DNA of 64,000 nt from an uncultured Methanosarcinales archaeon (GTDB lineage Archaea; Nanobdellota; Nanobdellia; Woesearchaeales; GW2011-AR9): assembly GCA_964498285.1 (NCBI GenBank), contig CAZCGN010000001.1:100150-164149 (forward strand). The letters run 5' to 3'. A model generated the notes under the pieces. That model did not search any database, had not been told where the DNA came from, and saw only the letters and a program-made list of their open reading frames with translations. Position 1 is the stretch's first letter. Every line of letters starts with the position of its first letter. The position numbers and the translations under genes were made by a program. This document shows, in pieces, positions 47,566 through 59,932 of the stretch.

Positions 47566-48672
47566 ATGACGTCCCTCATCTTCTATTTAACACAAGGCCC
47601 TCGAGTATTCTTAACGTCCTGGAAAAATAGGTTATTTCCAAAAAAGTTTGAAGGAGATGCTAAAGAGATCTGCCAGGCTATTGTTAAAACATGTTGGAAG
47701 GGAAGATACTTCCAGACATCTTCCACGAACTTCCCCCAATTCTGGGCACGAGACTTTGGATGGTGTATTAAATCATTAATTGAACTTGGGTACACAAAAA
47801 AGGTACATAAGACACTTCGTTACGCACTCAACCTCTATAGAAAGTATGGAAAAGTCACAACAACAATCACTCCACAGAATACACCATTTGATTTTCCTGA
47901 GTTTGGAGTAGATTCACTTCCGTGGCTTATTCACAGCATTGTTGCATCATCTTTTAATTACAAACCATACAAAGAGTTCCTAAACAGAGAAATACGAAAA
48001 TTCAAGGAGCATGTTGTAGACGAAAAAACAGGTCTTGTAAAACCAGACGAACACTTCTCATCTATGAAAGATTTTTCTCTTCGTAAAAGTTCATGCTATG
48101 ATAATTGTATGGTTGCAATGCTTGCAGTAGATTTGCATAAAACAACACTACACAACCCATTTGCAAAGAAAAACGCAACCCAAACCCATAGTTTCTATGC
48201 AGACCTGATCTATAAACACTTTTGGAGTGGCGAATATTTCTACGATGATATAGAAATGAAAAAATATGTTGCGGGTGATGCGCAAGTTTTTCCACTTATT
48301 TTGGGCTTTATTGAAGATGAAAAAGAGATACAATCTATGATCAAAGCAGTTAAAGAGAATAATCTTACAAATCCTCTGCCACTCAGGTACACAAAAGAGC
48401 GGCACATGGCAGAATTTATTCCACAAGAATGGATCTTTTTTCGAAACTATGAAGGTGATACGTCCTGGACCCATATGGGACCATTATGGATTAAAGCGAT
48501 TAAAAAGTATGATCCTAAACTTTCAGAAAAATACAAAGAAGCATACACTAAACATATCGAAAAGGAGAAAGCTTTCTGTGAAGTTGTAAGAACTGATGGT
48601 AAACCCTTTCGGACACCATTCTATTACTCTGATCGAACCATGCTTTGGGCATGCAACTATTTGACTCTCTAA
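47566..48672 (+). CDS. Six-hairpin (alpha/alpha)6 glycoside hydrolase-like protein
   Basis: FWARDF, D..PW, YDNCM, YFYDD, C-terminal E..and MLWA pattern. Confidence 0.6.
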   Translation: MTSLIFYLTQGPRVFLTSWKNRLFPKKFEGDAKEICQAIVKTCWKGRYFQTSSTNFPQFWARDFGWCIKSLIELGYTKKVHKTLRYALNLYRKYGKVTTTITPQNTPFDFPEFGVDSLPWLIHSIVASSFNYKPYKEFLNREIRKFKEHVVDEKTGLVKPDEHFSSMKDFSLRKSSCYDNCMVAMLAVDLHKTTLHNPFAKKNATQTHSFYADLIYKHFWSGEYFYDDIEMKKYVAGDAQVFPLILGFIEDEKEIQSMIKAVKENNLTNPLPLRYTKERHMAEFIPQEWIFFRNYEGDTSWTHMGPLWIKAIKKYDPKLSEKYKEAYTKHIEKEKAFCEVVRTDGKPFRTPFYYSDRTMLWACNYLTL

Positions 48673-48714
48673 GGCTCGCAAGCTTTATAAAAAACTCTTC
48701 TTCCTAAAGCATCT

Positions 48715-49416
48715 ATGGTGGAAAACTCGGGACCTTTTATTTCTGTGATTATTCCTGCACACAACGAGGAAAAGTACATTGCAAAGACGCTTTCCTCAGT
48801 GTTTAGCCAAAACTACCCGTTATTTGAAATCGTAGTAGTGCCAAATGGATGTACAGATAACACCCAAAAAGTCGTTCAAGCAGCTATTAAAGGTTCTAGT
48901 GCTAAAACCAAGATCTTAAATGTTTCACAAAAAGAGGCCCATGTGAGTAAGGCACGTAATAAGGGAGCATCAATTGCCAAAGGTGAGATTCTGGTCTTTT
49001 TGGATGCAGACACTCTTCTTGCAGATAACGCACTTTCTACTATTGCAAAAAAGTTCACTGTAAAACGTAGTGTTGGCACGCTTCATTTTGTCCCAGATAC
49101 TAAAAGAGTACAGCATTCCCTAGTTGCAGCATACCAAAATTTCATTCATACTACAAAAATTCACAAAGGGGCCTCAGGAGTTTTCATCTGCCACAAAAAT
49201 CATTTTGAGCAAGTTGGTGGGTTTAATAAAGATCTAAAGCTTTTTGAGCACAAAGATTTGCAAAAAAGGTTGTCTGTGTTTGGTAGTTATACAAAACTAA
49301 GCGCTGACGCCATAACCTCTATGCGAAGATACACAAACAGAGGAATTCTTAAAAACATAGCCTTCTGGGTTAAAGCATTAGGACAAAAAGAAAACACATA
49401 TGAGGCGATACGATGA
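48715..49416 (+). CDS. GT2 glycosyltransferase
   Basis: ISVIIPAHNEE, ARNKGA, FLDAD, TSMRR. Confidence 0.88.
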   Translation: MVENSGPFISVIIPAHNEEKYIAKTLSSVFSQNYPLFEIVVVPNGCTDNTQKVVQAAIKGSSAKTKILNVSQKEAHVSKARNKGASIAKGEILVFLDADTLLADNALSTIAKKFTVKRSVGTLHFVPDTKRVQHSLVAAYQNFIHTTKIHKGASGVFICHKNHFEQVGGFNKDLKLFEHKDLQKRLSVFGSYTKLSADAITSMRRYTNRGILKNIAFWVKALGQKENTYEAIR

Positions 49417-49991
49417 TCATTAGCATTTCAGGAACTCCTGGTAGTGGGAAAAGTACGATTGCAAAGGGTTTAGCCAAGATGTTTGGGATAGAAAGAGTGT
49501 ATGCAGGAGGTGAATTTCGCCAACTTGCAAGAAAGATGAACATGACAGCCGAGGAACTTAATGAATATGCGAAAGGCCGTGAAGAGATTGATAGAGAACT
49601 TGACCAAGCAGTGAGTACAAAGGCAAGAGAACTTGCAAAAAGAGATGGCAGCGCCATTGCAGAAGGAAGAACTATGTACCACTTTATCCCTGAGTCACTA
49701 AAACTCTACATCAAAGTTGATCCAAAAGAGGCTGCAAAACGGATTTGGAAAGATCTCCAAGATACACAAGCAAGCCAAGATCGAAATGAGGATAGCGTAG
49801 AATCAGTTGAAGCAACACAAGAAAAAATAGAAGTTAGACAAACAAAAGAAGTTGCGCGCTATAAAGTCGTGTATAAAACAGACATTTCTGATGAAAGTAA
49901 TTACGATTTTGTTTTAGACACAACAAACATTACAGCAGATGAGGCAACACAAAAAGTTGCTGAGTTTATTAGATCAAGAAAGGAGACCTGA
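49413..49991 (+). CDS. cmk: Cytidylate kinase (archaeal type)
   Basis: ISGTPGSGKST, GGEFRQLA, EGR, YDFVLDT. Confidence 0.85.
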   Translation: MIISISGTPGSGKSTIAKGLAKMFGIERVYAGGEFRQLARKMNMTAEELNEYAKGREEIDRELDQAVSTKARELAKRDGSAIAEGRTMYHFIPESLKLYIKVDPKEAAKRIWKDLQDTQASQDRNEDSVESVEATQEKIEVRQTKEVARYKVVYKTDISDESNYDFVLDTTNITADEATQKVAEFIRSRKET

Positions 49992-49994
49992 AAA

Positions 49995-50585
49995 ATGAAA
50001 ATATTTCTAATTAGACATGGTGAGACTACAGGAGACATTGAAGATCGTTTTGGTGGAGATTATGATGATCACCTAACGCAAGAAGGTGTTGAGCAAGCAA
50101 AGAAACTGGCATCTCAGCTTGAAGAAAAAAAGATAGAAGTTGTATTTCACAGTCCAAGACACAGGGCAACTGAAACTGCAGACATTGTTGCAAAAACACT
50201 TAACGTTCCTTCAAAGGTTGTCGAAAATATTAGAGAAAGAAATAATTATGGGATTTTAACGGGGATGACAAAAACTGAAGCTAAGCAAAAGCACCCAGTA
50301 GAATATGAAAAACTCACTATTTCTAAAACCCATCATGATGTTAAAGAATCAGAAAGTTATGAAGAGCTTAAGAAAAGAATAATACCTGCTTTTGAAGAGA
50401 TCGAATCTAATAAATTCAATGTTATAGCAATTGTATCACATGGCGGCGTTATAAGTACCCTCGTTAGAGAGTTTTTTAAATTTGGAACTTCTGTGAAGTT
50501 AGACGACTGTTCATATATTGAACTAGAAAGAAAAGAAGGCAAATATATGCTAATCTCATCTGAGGGGGTATCAATCTCTAACTAA
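49995..50585 (+). CDS. Histidine phosphatase family protein
   Basis: LIRHGET, SP..RA.ET, VSHGG. Confidence 0.88.
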   Translation: MKIFLIRHGETTGDIEDRFGGDYDDHLTQEGVEQAKKLASQLEEKKIEVVFHSPRHRATETADIVAKTLNVPSKVVENIRERNNYGILTGMTKTEAKQKHPVEYEKLTISKTHHDVKESESYEELKKRIIPAFEEIESNKFNVIAIVSHGGVISTLVREFFKFGTSVKLDDCSYIELERKEGKYMLISSEGVSISN

Positions 50586-51124
50586 TCAAACACCATACTA
50601 TGCCAATTTACACCATATACCTCTTCAATTGTTTTCTTCTCACCCTCTGGAGTTGTTCTATGATTATGTAGCTCAAACAGGGAAAGCGCTTCCTGAACAT
50701 GTCCTTCACTTTTCCCTTCAATTTCAAGCCATGCAGGAATATTTGGATATTGGTCCAAGTCAAATCGCCAATCCTGATATGTCCAAGAAAGCCTATTCTT
50801 TTCTTGATGTGCATACTTTTCAAGGCCAATTGCTTCAAAGAGTTTTGCAAGTGCCTTATGATCATTAATAGCTAGGTTAATTTCTTGATGCTTTGATGTT
50901 GCTCCCTGAAATGTTCTGTGTGATTTCCAGGTAGCTTCAATTTTTCCACTAGAATCGCTTCTAATTCTTAGAAACCAAGGGCACTCGTTATCTTGTGTTC
51001 CTAGTGGCCTGAACCAATCAACAGAAAAACGTGTATCAAGAACTTTAGTTGCGCCAAGCTCTTCAAGTCTTTTTGCAACTTTAACAACATCAACATCAAG
51101 AACTTTTGTTTCAATTTCGTGCAT
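50582..51124 (-). CDS. CYTH-domain protein (class IV adenylate cyclase-like)
   Basis: N-terminal EIETK, LRIR, K.R, EIE motifs. Confidence 0.85.
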   Translation of the reverse strand: MHEIETKVLDVDVVKVAKRLEELGATKVLDTRFSVDWFRPLGTQDNECPWFLRIRSDSSGKIEATWKSHRTFQGATSKHQEINLAINDHKALAKLFEAIGLEKYAHQEKNRLSWTYQDWRFDLDQYPNIPAWLEIEGKSEGHVQEALSLFELHNHRTTPEGEKKTIEEVYGVNWHSMVFD

Positions 51125-51218
51125 GTGATCTTTAGAAAATCCACACTTTTAAAGATTATTGGGGTGAAAAAGAATATAGGTCATAAGATTTATAACTTAA
51201 ATTTGCAAATGAACAGGT

Positions 51219-51704
51219 ATGAGTATAGATTCACTTCCAGTTCTACAAATTGCTATGACCCATAGAGGATTTCGAGATGAACCATTCTATGCTCTTGCAT
51301 TACACGAGCTCAAAAGAAATCATATCAAGAGATGTAGAATGTTAACTGATAACCCTACTTCTGATCTTTCCTTTGTTGCTCAATTAATTGCCGAAAGCTA
51401 CCTTGACCCCTATACTATTGGAGGAGGGAAAATTCTTCTATACAATGCGCCCCTCCCTTTTAGAGCTGGCCCTCGCTTTAAAGGAGCTCAAGAAATTCTT
51501 GAAATTGATGACACTATAGTTACACTAGGAGCATTTGAAGAGACAAACGAGATTAATAGAAACCAACTTTTGTACCTTAGTTGCTCTTTGCAAAGATTAT
51601 TTGATGCGCATAATGCAAGGCATGCATCACAAAGAGCTCAAAAAGTAAGAGGTGTCCTCGCTCTTCAAACAGAGTCTCCAGAAGGAGCATTTCTCTATCA
51701 TTAG
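51219..51704 (+). CDS. Hypothetical protein
   Basis: 161-aa ORF with TTTATAA box about 25 nt upstream. Confidence 0.5.
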   Translation: MSIDSLPVLQIAMTHRGFRDEPFYALALHELKRNHIKRCRMLTDNPTSDLSFVAQLIAESYLDPYTIGGGKILLYNAPLPFRAGPRFKGAQEILEIDDTIVTLGAFEETNEINRNQLLYLSCSLQRLFDAHNARHASQRAQKVRGVLALQTESPEGAFLYH

Positions 51705-51749
51705 TTGGTGGGTAAAATTTATAAACCCCTCACCCTCCTTCCCAAAACT

Positions 51750-52448
51750 ATGACAAACACTATTGTAAAACATGATTTTATCGAGCTTGACTATACCGGC
51801 AAATTAGTAGATGGAAGAGTGTTTGATACTACCAGAAAAGAAATTGCTGAAAAAAGTCAGTTACAATCACACAATAAGACATTTGATCCAATCACGATTT
51901 GTGTTGGTGAAAGCCAAGTAATCGCGGGATTTGATGAAGCTCTAGTTGGAAAAGAAATTGGTAAAGAATATTCAGTAACTGTTCCTATGGCAAAAGCGTT
52001 TGGCAAAAAGGATGTTAAAAAAGTACAACTTGTGCCATTAGCAACTTTCAAAGAACATAAACTCAACCCCCATCCTGGCCAACAGGTAGATTTTGATGGT
52101 AAAATCGGAACTGTTATGCGAATTTCTGGGGGTAGAGTTATGGTGAATTTTAACCATCCGCTTGCAGGAAGAGATCTGGTGTATGAATTTAAGATAAAAA
52201 GTAAAATTGAAAAAGATTCAACAAAAATTGCTGCATTTATTGCAAACATCCTGCAAATGGATAAAAGATTTATTACAGTTGAGATGAAAGAAGCTACTGC
52301 AAGCATCAAAATTCCATTCGAAATGCCAAAACCTCTACAGGATGCTATTACAAAAAAGCTTACAGAAGTCCTGCCAAAAGTTAAGAGTCTTGAATTTAAA
52401 GCAACAGAACAACACAAGCACGACGAAAACTGTAAGCATGACCATTAA
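51750..52448 (+). CDS. Long-type FKBP peptidyl-prolyl isomerase (SlyD-like)
   Basis: DYTGK...VFDTT, GFDEAL, AFG, NFNHPLAG; His-rich tail. Confidence 0.9.
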   Translation: MTNTIVKHDFIELDYTGKLVDGRVFDTTRKEIAEKSQLQSHNKTFDPITICVGESQVIAGFDEALVGKEIGKEYSVTVPMAKAFGKKDVKKVQLVPLATFKEHKLNPHPGQQVDFDGKIGTVMRISGGRVMVNFNHPLAGRDLVYEFKIKSKIEKDSTKIAAFIANILQMDKRFITVEMKEATASIKIPFEMPKPLQDAITKKLTEVLPKVKSLEFKATEQHKHDENCKHDH

Positions 52449-52593
52449 AACCAAAAATGTGGTATTACGCCTTTATTCTGGATAATCAACAACAATAATC
52501 TTTAAATACCTCTTTTGGCACAAAAATTCCTTATAGAAGAGAGGGGGATAGAGATAACTTCTAACTGGTTTACTCATCCTACATTTAGTCAAC

Positions 52594-53787
52594 ATGGAAA
52601 CATACATTAATCAGAATCAAGGACAACAACAGCCATCGTACAACCAGCAAAATCAAGCACAGCGAGTTGAACCTGCTCAAGAGCAGCCAAGACCAACTGT
52701 TACGATGAGCGCGCAGCCAATTTCTCATTCTCAGGTTAATAGTGATGTTGATGATGAACTTCGAAGGCTTATTGAAGCACACAAAACTCGCATTAAAGTT
52801 ATCGGGTGTGGTGGTGGAGGAAACAATACAGTAAACAGGATCGCAGAAGTGGGTATTAAAGGCATCCAAACAATCGCGATCAATACAGATGCGCAAGATC
52901 TTCTCTACACAACAGCCGATAAAAAATTGCTTATTGGAAAAGAGCTCACTAAAGGACTCGGTGCTGGATCCAATCCTCGAATTGGTGAGGAAGCTGCACG
53001 TGAAAGCGAGCATGATCTCAAAAAACTGATGGAAGGAGCTGACATGATTTTTATTACTTGTGGCTTAGGTGGTGGAACTGGAACTGGTTCAGCACCATAC
53101 ATCGCGCAGATTGCAAAGAAAATGGGACTTTTAACAGTAGGAATTGTTACGATCCCCTTTAGTATGGAAGGAAACCACCGGTTTGAGAATGCAATGATCG
53201 GACTTGAGAAAATGGAACAAGACATCAATACACTTATTGTTATTCCAAACGAAAAATTGCTGGACTTAGCTCCAAACCTTCCACTCCACACCGCATTCAA
53301 AGTTGCAGATGAAATTTTAACAAACTCTGTTAAGGGCATAGCTGAATTAGTAACAAAAACCGGGCTTGTAAACCTTGATTTTGCTGATGTAAAAGCTATT
53401 ATGAGTGAAGGTGGTGTTGCACTGATTGGTGTTGGTGAATCTGACTCAGAAGACGCTGCAGGAGAAAGCGTACAAAAGGCGTTAGATAACCCTTTAATTG
53501 ATGTTGACATTTCAAATGCAACTGGAGCACTCATTAACATCTCTGGTGGAGAAGCATTAACGCTTGACGATTCTCGTAAAATTGTAGAAACCATTGGAGA
53601 GAAGCTCTCAGATAACGCAAAAATTATTTGGGGAGCTCAAATCTACAAAGATTTAGAAAAAACCATTCGAACAATGCTTATTGTAACTGGAGTTAATTCA
53701 GAACAGATTTTTGGCCCTGAAAGAAGTTACATTGGCAAAAAACGCGGTGCAATTGAAAACGAACTTGGAATTGAGTTCATGGATTAA
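52594..53787 (+). CDS. ftsZ: Cell division protein FtsZ
   Basis: GGGGNN, NTDAQDL, GLGAG, GGGTGTG, NLDFAD. Confidence 0.96.
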   Translation: METYINQNQGQQQPSYNQQNQAQRVEPAQEQPRPTVTMSAQPISHSQVNSDVDDELRRLIEAHKTRIKVIGCGGGGNNTVNRIAEVGIKGIQTIAINTDAQDLLYTTADKKLLIGKELTKGLGAGSNPRIGEEAARESEHDLKKLMEGADMIFITCGLGGGTGTGSAPYIAQIAKKMGLLTVGIVTIPFSMEGNHRFENAMIGLEKMEQDINTLIVIPNEKLLDLAPNLPLHTAFKVADEILTNSVKGIAELVTKTGLVNLDFADVKAIMSEGGVALIGVGESDSEDAAGESVQKALDNPLIDVDISNATGALINISGGEALTLDDSRKIVETIGEKLSDNAKIIWGAQIYKDLEKTIRTMLIVTGVNSEQIFGPERSYIGKKRGAIENELGIEFMD

Positions 53788-54239
53788 TAATTCCACATCT
53801 CATCACCAACGTAGTGAATATTTTTGATAACTTTTCCTTTTTCTAGTTTTTGCATGTCCTCAGATGAGCCAAGAGCAACACCTACTGCTAATGTCTTTCC
53901 ATTGTTCTCATCAACTATGACAATGGCTTCATTTTTTTCTATTCCATCCTCAATCTCAGTTATCCCTGGCCTCATGATATCTGCGCCACCAACAACAAAC
54001 TTGACCGCCCCCATATCGACAACTACTCTCTTTAGCACTATTTTTTCTTGCAAGAAGCGAAGTGTTGGAAGCAAAATATTTTCATAATAAAAGAAAGAAC
54101 AGACACCGTTCACATAAAATCCCTTAAAGCCAGTTTCTTTATCTTGCGCTTTTTCAACAGAATCTTTTTTAGAGAATTCAACTCCATACAAGGAGAGTAG
54201 ATTATTCAGCTCTTTTGCCTTCATACGTGTACGTTTCAT
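53784..54239 (-). CDS. PUA-domain RNA-binding protein (MCT-1-like)
   Basis: VVDMGAVKFV..GADIMRPG, HYVGD. Confidence 0.88.
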   Translation of the reverse strand: MKRTRMKAKELNNLLSLYGVEFSKKDSVEKAQDKETGFKGFYVNGVCSFFYYENILLPTLRFLQEKIVLKRVVVDMGAVKFVVGGADIMRPGITEIEDGIEKNEAIVIVDENNGKTLAVGVALGSSEDMQKLEKGKVIKNIHYVGDEMWNY

Positions 54240-54272
54240 AAGAAAAAGAAAAACAGAATTGATATTTAAAGA

Positions 54273-56249
<1,977 letters not shown>

Positions 56250-56371
56250 TTAAATCACCCCAATATAAGATTAGAAAACCATCCTTTATCGTCGATAAAT
56301 CACAAAGTAGAAGAGAATTTTAGGCTTTATAAAGTTGTTGGTTTTGTGGTGATTTTCAAGAAAAACTAGAC

Positions 56372-57448
56372 CTACACTTCATCAGTTCGCCAGTGAGGAT
56401 TCACATCAAATGAGCGCCTTTCCTCATCGCGCCTCAAGTACCCTTCCCATGCAATCATTGCTCCTTGATCCCCTGCTAAACTCATTGGAACCTTAAAGAA
56501 TGTTGCACCTCGTGCATTGCACATGCTGTTAAGCATTTCGCAAAATCGCTTTGAAGCCCCTACTCCGCCTACCAAAATAAGTTCTTTCTTATCTGTGTGG
56601 GCAAGCGCCCGTTCAGCAATTTCTGTTGCCATGGCAAAGGCAGTTTCAGTTAAGGAGAAACAAAGATCTTCTTTGGTTATCTTTTGATTTTCATTTCTTT
56701 CAACTATGTTTTGTAAGAGAGTATCTTTACTTTTGGCATCTTGAAGGTATGCTGTCCCTTTTGATGACAATTCTTTCCACGTTGGGCGCCTTTCCCATAA
56801 TTGCATGCACCTCGTTAAAAGACCAGAAAAGCTCGTATCCATTCCTTTCACAGTATAGGGTAATTCCACATATTTCCCTGATTTAGCTAGCATATCAATT
56901 TGCTTTCCTGCAGGAAAGCCTAGATTTAAGACTCTTCCAAATTTATCAAACATATTACCCATACCAATATCCAATGTCTCACCAATTACTCTGTATTTGC
57001 CACCATCATAAATGAGGACCTGCGTATTCACACCAGAGACATATAGATAGACCGGATCTTTTGCCTTATTGATAACTTTTCCAATGCTTAGGTGTGCTGC
57101 ACAATGATTGACTTGAACCAGCTTTTTCCCATGTTCTTTCGCCCATTCTTGCGCTTTATGAAACCCTGCCCACAACACAGGGTCAAGTCCTGGGCCAGCT
57201 GAGTATGTCATAAGTTCAATATCCTTCCAGCTAACACCTGCTTCTTCAAGCGCTTTAGAAAGAACCTTTCCAGCTACCTCGTTGTGATGATCAGCAATCT
57301 CATTGGGAATCATGCCTTTATCTGGTGAAGAATAACTATCCATTACATTTGCAAGAACTTCACACTGACCCCTATCAGAATCGCCCGTTGCGTTTATTAT
57401 TCCAACTCCAAAGGTATGTGCTGTTGTCTCAATGCCTAACACTATCAT
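56372..57448 (-). CDS. kae1: tRNA t6A threonylcarbamoyltransferase Kae1
   Basis: LGIETTAHT, GPG, NHCAAH, GETLD, LPYTVKGMD, WRTDEV. Confidence 0.9.
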   Translation of the reverse strand: MIVLGIETTAHTFGVGIINATGDSDRGQCEVLANVMDSYSSPDKGMIPNEIADHHNEVAGKVLSKALEEAGVSWKDIELMTYSAGPGLDPVLWAGFHKAQEWAKEHGKKLVQVNHCAAHLSIGKVINKAKDPVYLYVSGVNTQVLIYDGGKYRVIGETLDIGMGNMFDKFGRVLNLGFPAGKQIDMLAKSGKYVELPYTVKGMDTSFSGLLTRCMQLWERRPTWKELSSKGTAYLQDAKSKDTLLQNIVERNENQKITKEDLCFSLTETAFAMATEIAERALAHTDKKELILVGGVGASKRFCEMLNSMCNARGATFFKVPMSLAGDQGAMIAWEGYLRRDEERRSFDVNPHWRTDEV

Positions 57449-57499
57449 AGAACAGTATAGAAAAGATGCTATTTAAAAAAATAATGGAAAAAAAGAATA

Positions 57500-58720
57500 T
57501 TATGGTCCTCCAGAGCTGCTGCTAGATGATGAACTACTGCTCGATGAACTAGAACTGCTTGAGCTGGACGAAGAGCTACTACTGTTGCTAGAAGACGTGT
57601 TTGTTACATTTAGATTCGGAACACAGTTATAGGTAGAATCACACAGTTCATCTACTAAGCAATCAGTATCCTCAGCACACATGACTGGCACAAAATTTAT
57701 CACAGCAGAAGTTGTGTCAAGTTTATAGTAATGGCCCGGCTGGTTGTTCGTCTCATTAACTTCAACTACAGTATTAAGATCATCAATATCATAATGGACA
57801 TAAACTGGTGCAAAACTATAATCATACAAACCCTGCAAGACTGGAAGAATGTTACTATTTATGGGGTATAATCCACTAGAAGCAGATTGATGAGATAATA
57901 TTTGAATTCCAGCGGGTGCAAGCGAAAAAGAAGTCAAAGCCTGCTGAGCTGCTGCAAACCTTCCTTGTGAAGGAGAAATTGTTTGGTTTTGCTTGACGTA
58001 ACACAAAGATCTATAATAAGGACTTGAGGCAAAGATAGCATCAGCATTCCCAATATTCTCAATACCACAAACAACATCTACAACAAAGTTAGCACCCCAA
58101 TCAATTACTTGGTTATTGAAGATATATGCATCCCCACTCATTCCAATAGAGGTTGTTCCTTCATGCATGGTTAGATCTGCTCCAATAACAGCACATACAG
58201 GATCGTTAGTACAATCACTATCAGCACAGTCAATATCACCATCAAGGTCATTATCTATAGTATCATCACAGGTTATCTCGCTCGGGGTTACCACAACAGA
58301 AGGGACACACTCTCCACTTACACAAGTAGCACCAGTTGATGCACAATCATACACTCTTCGTGCAATGTAGTCCCCTTGAGGTTTTGAGTAACAGTAATAT
58401 TCTATCAATCTTTCTGGTTGAGAAGATGTTGGTGAACAAACATCATCACGAAAAGGACTCCAACTATAACTTGCCGTCCCAAAGACATCATACGTTAACC
58501 CGCCATCCGTATCAGTACAGTCTGCAGTATTGGAGGCTGTTGCCTGGCCTGCAAGAGCTCCTCTCTCACCAGTATCTGCCCCTTCAATATCTACTATTTC
58601 TTCTTCTTCAGGTAACTCTTCTAAACCTTCCTGGGGTACTTCACAAGATATCACCAATAAGCTGCCAACCAATACTAAAGCAACCAATAAGAATATTTTA
58701 TAACGTAATCTCTCAACCAT
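57500..58720 (-). CDS. Secreted/lipoprotein-like surface protein with Cys-rich and CARDB-like domains and poly-Ser tail
   Basis: Signal ending LVISC, CTDTDGG module, CDDTIDNDLDGDIDC repeat, EVNETNN CARDB-like motif. Confidence 0.7.
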   Translation of the reverse strand: MVERLRYKIFLLVALVLVGSLLVISCEVPQEGLEELPEEEEIVDIEGADTGERGALAGQATASNTADCTDTDGGLTYDVFGTASYSWSPFRDDVCSPTSSQPERLIEYYCYSKPQGDYIARRVYDCASTGATCVSGECVPSVVVTPSEITCDDTIDNDLDGDIDCADSDCTNDPVCAVIGADLTMHEGTTSIGMSGDAYIFNNQVIDWGANFVVDVVCGIENIGNADAIFASSPYYRSLCYVKQNQTISPSQGRFAAAQQALTSFSLAPAGIQILSHQSASSGLYPINSNILPVLQGLYDYSFAPVYVHYDIDDLNTVVEVNETNNQPGHYYKLDTTSAVINFVPVMCAEDTDCLVDELCDSTYNCVPNLNVTNTSSSNSSSSSSSSSSSSSSSSSSSSSSSSGGP

Positions 58721-58806
58721 TCAACCTACACCTCTTTGACTTAAACTAAAGAGATAGAAGAAAAAGAACTATTTAAAGATATCTAAATGAAAGAAGATCT
58801 GAATAG

Positions 58807-59406
58807 TTACTTACTACTCACAGCTTGCCGTTCTAAATCACGCTTCTTTGCAATTGCTGCACTTTTACCGTTTCGTTCAGCTGCTGCAATAATCTCATCA
58901 GCAAGAGCCTGTACAATTGATTTTCTCTTATTAAACGACTTTGCATAGGCACCCTGCGTCATGTACCTAAGTGCTAAGTCGACTCGTCTTTGTGGTGCTA
59001 CATCAACTGCTTTAGGATACCTTGCACCACCATACTCGATCGCGATAACTTCTTCACGTGGTGCCGCATTTTCAACTGCTCGAACAAGAATTGCAATTGG
59101 ATTCTCTTTTAATTTTTTCTCAGCTAAGATTAATGCGTTTTCAACTACTTTAAGTGCACCGTTTTTTTTACCAGTGTTATGTCCAGAACTCATAAAATGT
59201 TCTTTTCCTTTATGACCTGAGTTCATTAATTTAACTGCTAATCTTTCTACAATAGACGTGTATGATTTATGAAACCTGTTTCCAGCATACCGAGCACCAG
59301 TCTTAGGTACAATGCGTGGGCTTAACGTGATATAACGTTTAAGACCAGCGTCAGTTACAACTATTCCTGCTGAGCTCCATCTGTTGAAAAATTTAAGTTC
59401 TACCAT
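58807..59406 (-). CDS. rps7: 30S ribosomal protein uS7
   Basis: NPIAILVRAVENAAPREE, AVDVAPQRRVD. Confidence 0.96.
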   Translation of the reverse strand: MVELKFFNRWSSAGIVVTDAGLKRYITLSPRIVPKTGARYAGNRFHKSYTSIVERLAVKLMNSGHKGKEHFMSSGHNTGKKNGALKVVENALILAEKKLKENPIAILVRAVENAAPREEVIAIEYGGARYPKAVDVAPQRRVDLALRYMTQGAYAKSFNKRKSIVQALADEIIAAAERNGKSAAIAKKRDLERQAVSSK

Positions 59407-59408
59407 TT

Positions 59409-59828
59409 CTATCGTCTCGCCTTCTCTAGCTTTCCACCAAGAAGTGCTGCTAAACTCTGATCATTCACTTTGATTACTTGCCAACGTACACCAGGAATAT
59501 CGCCTTTTGCACGCCCCATTTTTCCACCAATACACTCGATGATAACTTCGTCGTGTTCGTTGATTTGTTTTTGGGCACCGTCTCCAGGCATAAAAGCTGT
59601 TACCTGCTTACCATTCTTTACAAGCTGTACCCGTGCACATTTTCGCATAGCGGAATTTGGCTGCTTTGCTTCAATTTGTACCTTTTCAAGAACAATTGCT
59701 TTTGCTTGAGATGAACCTACTAATGGGTCTACTTTCTTTTTACGAACAGTCCGTCTAATCTTCTTATAGGTCTTACGCCTCTTAACAAGACTTTTTCCAG
59801 CTCCTAATCCTCGTGCTTTTTTACCCAT
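59409..59828 (-). CDS. rps12: 30S ribosomal protein uS12
   Basis: [19 protein letters not shown]. Confidence 0.96.
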   Translation of the reverse strand: MGKKARGLGAGKSLVKRRKTYKKIRRTVRKKKVDPLVGSSQAKAIVLEKVQIEAKQPNSAMRKCARVQLVKNGKQVTAFMPGDGAQKQINEHDEVIIECIGGKMGRAKGDIPGVRWQVIKVNDQSLAALLGGKLEKARR

Positions 59829-59932
59829 TTGTATACCTATCTCAGAGGTTTATTTATAAAGATTTCTAAAATCCCGAGAGTATTTTGAGACCAGAAATGA
59901 ATACCTTTTCATCCATCAAATCACAGAAACGC

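Noticed and set aside
52905..53594. Long antisense ORFs (229 aa opposite ftsZ; similar ones opposite copA, psmB, FKBP and the ACT gene)
   Set aside because: Shadow frames of well-conserved genes, with no independent motifs
56675..56797. Kae1 insertion as a BHB mRNA intron or an intein
   Set aside because: No BHB pairing seen at the boundaries; too short and lacking C/S...HN intein ends
57510..57596. Poly-Ser tract as a DNA tandem repeat or contingency locus
   Set aside because: Ser codons are mixed (TCT, AGC, AGT, TCG, TCA), so it is protein-level low complexity rather than a microsatellite
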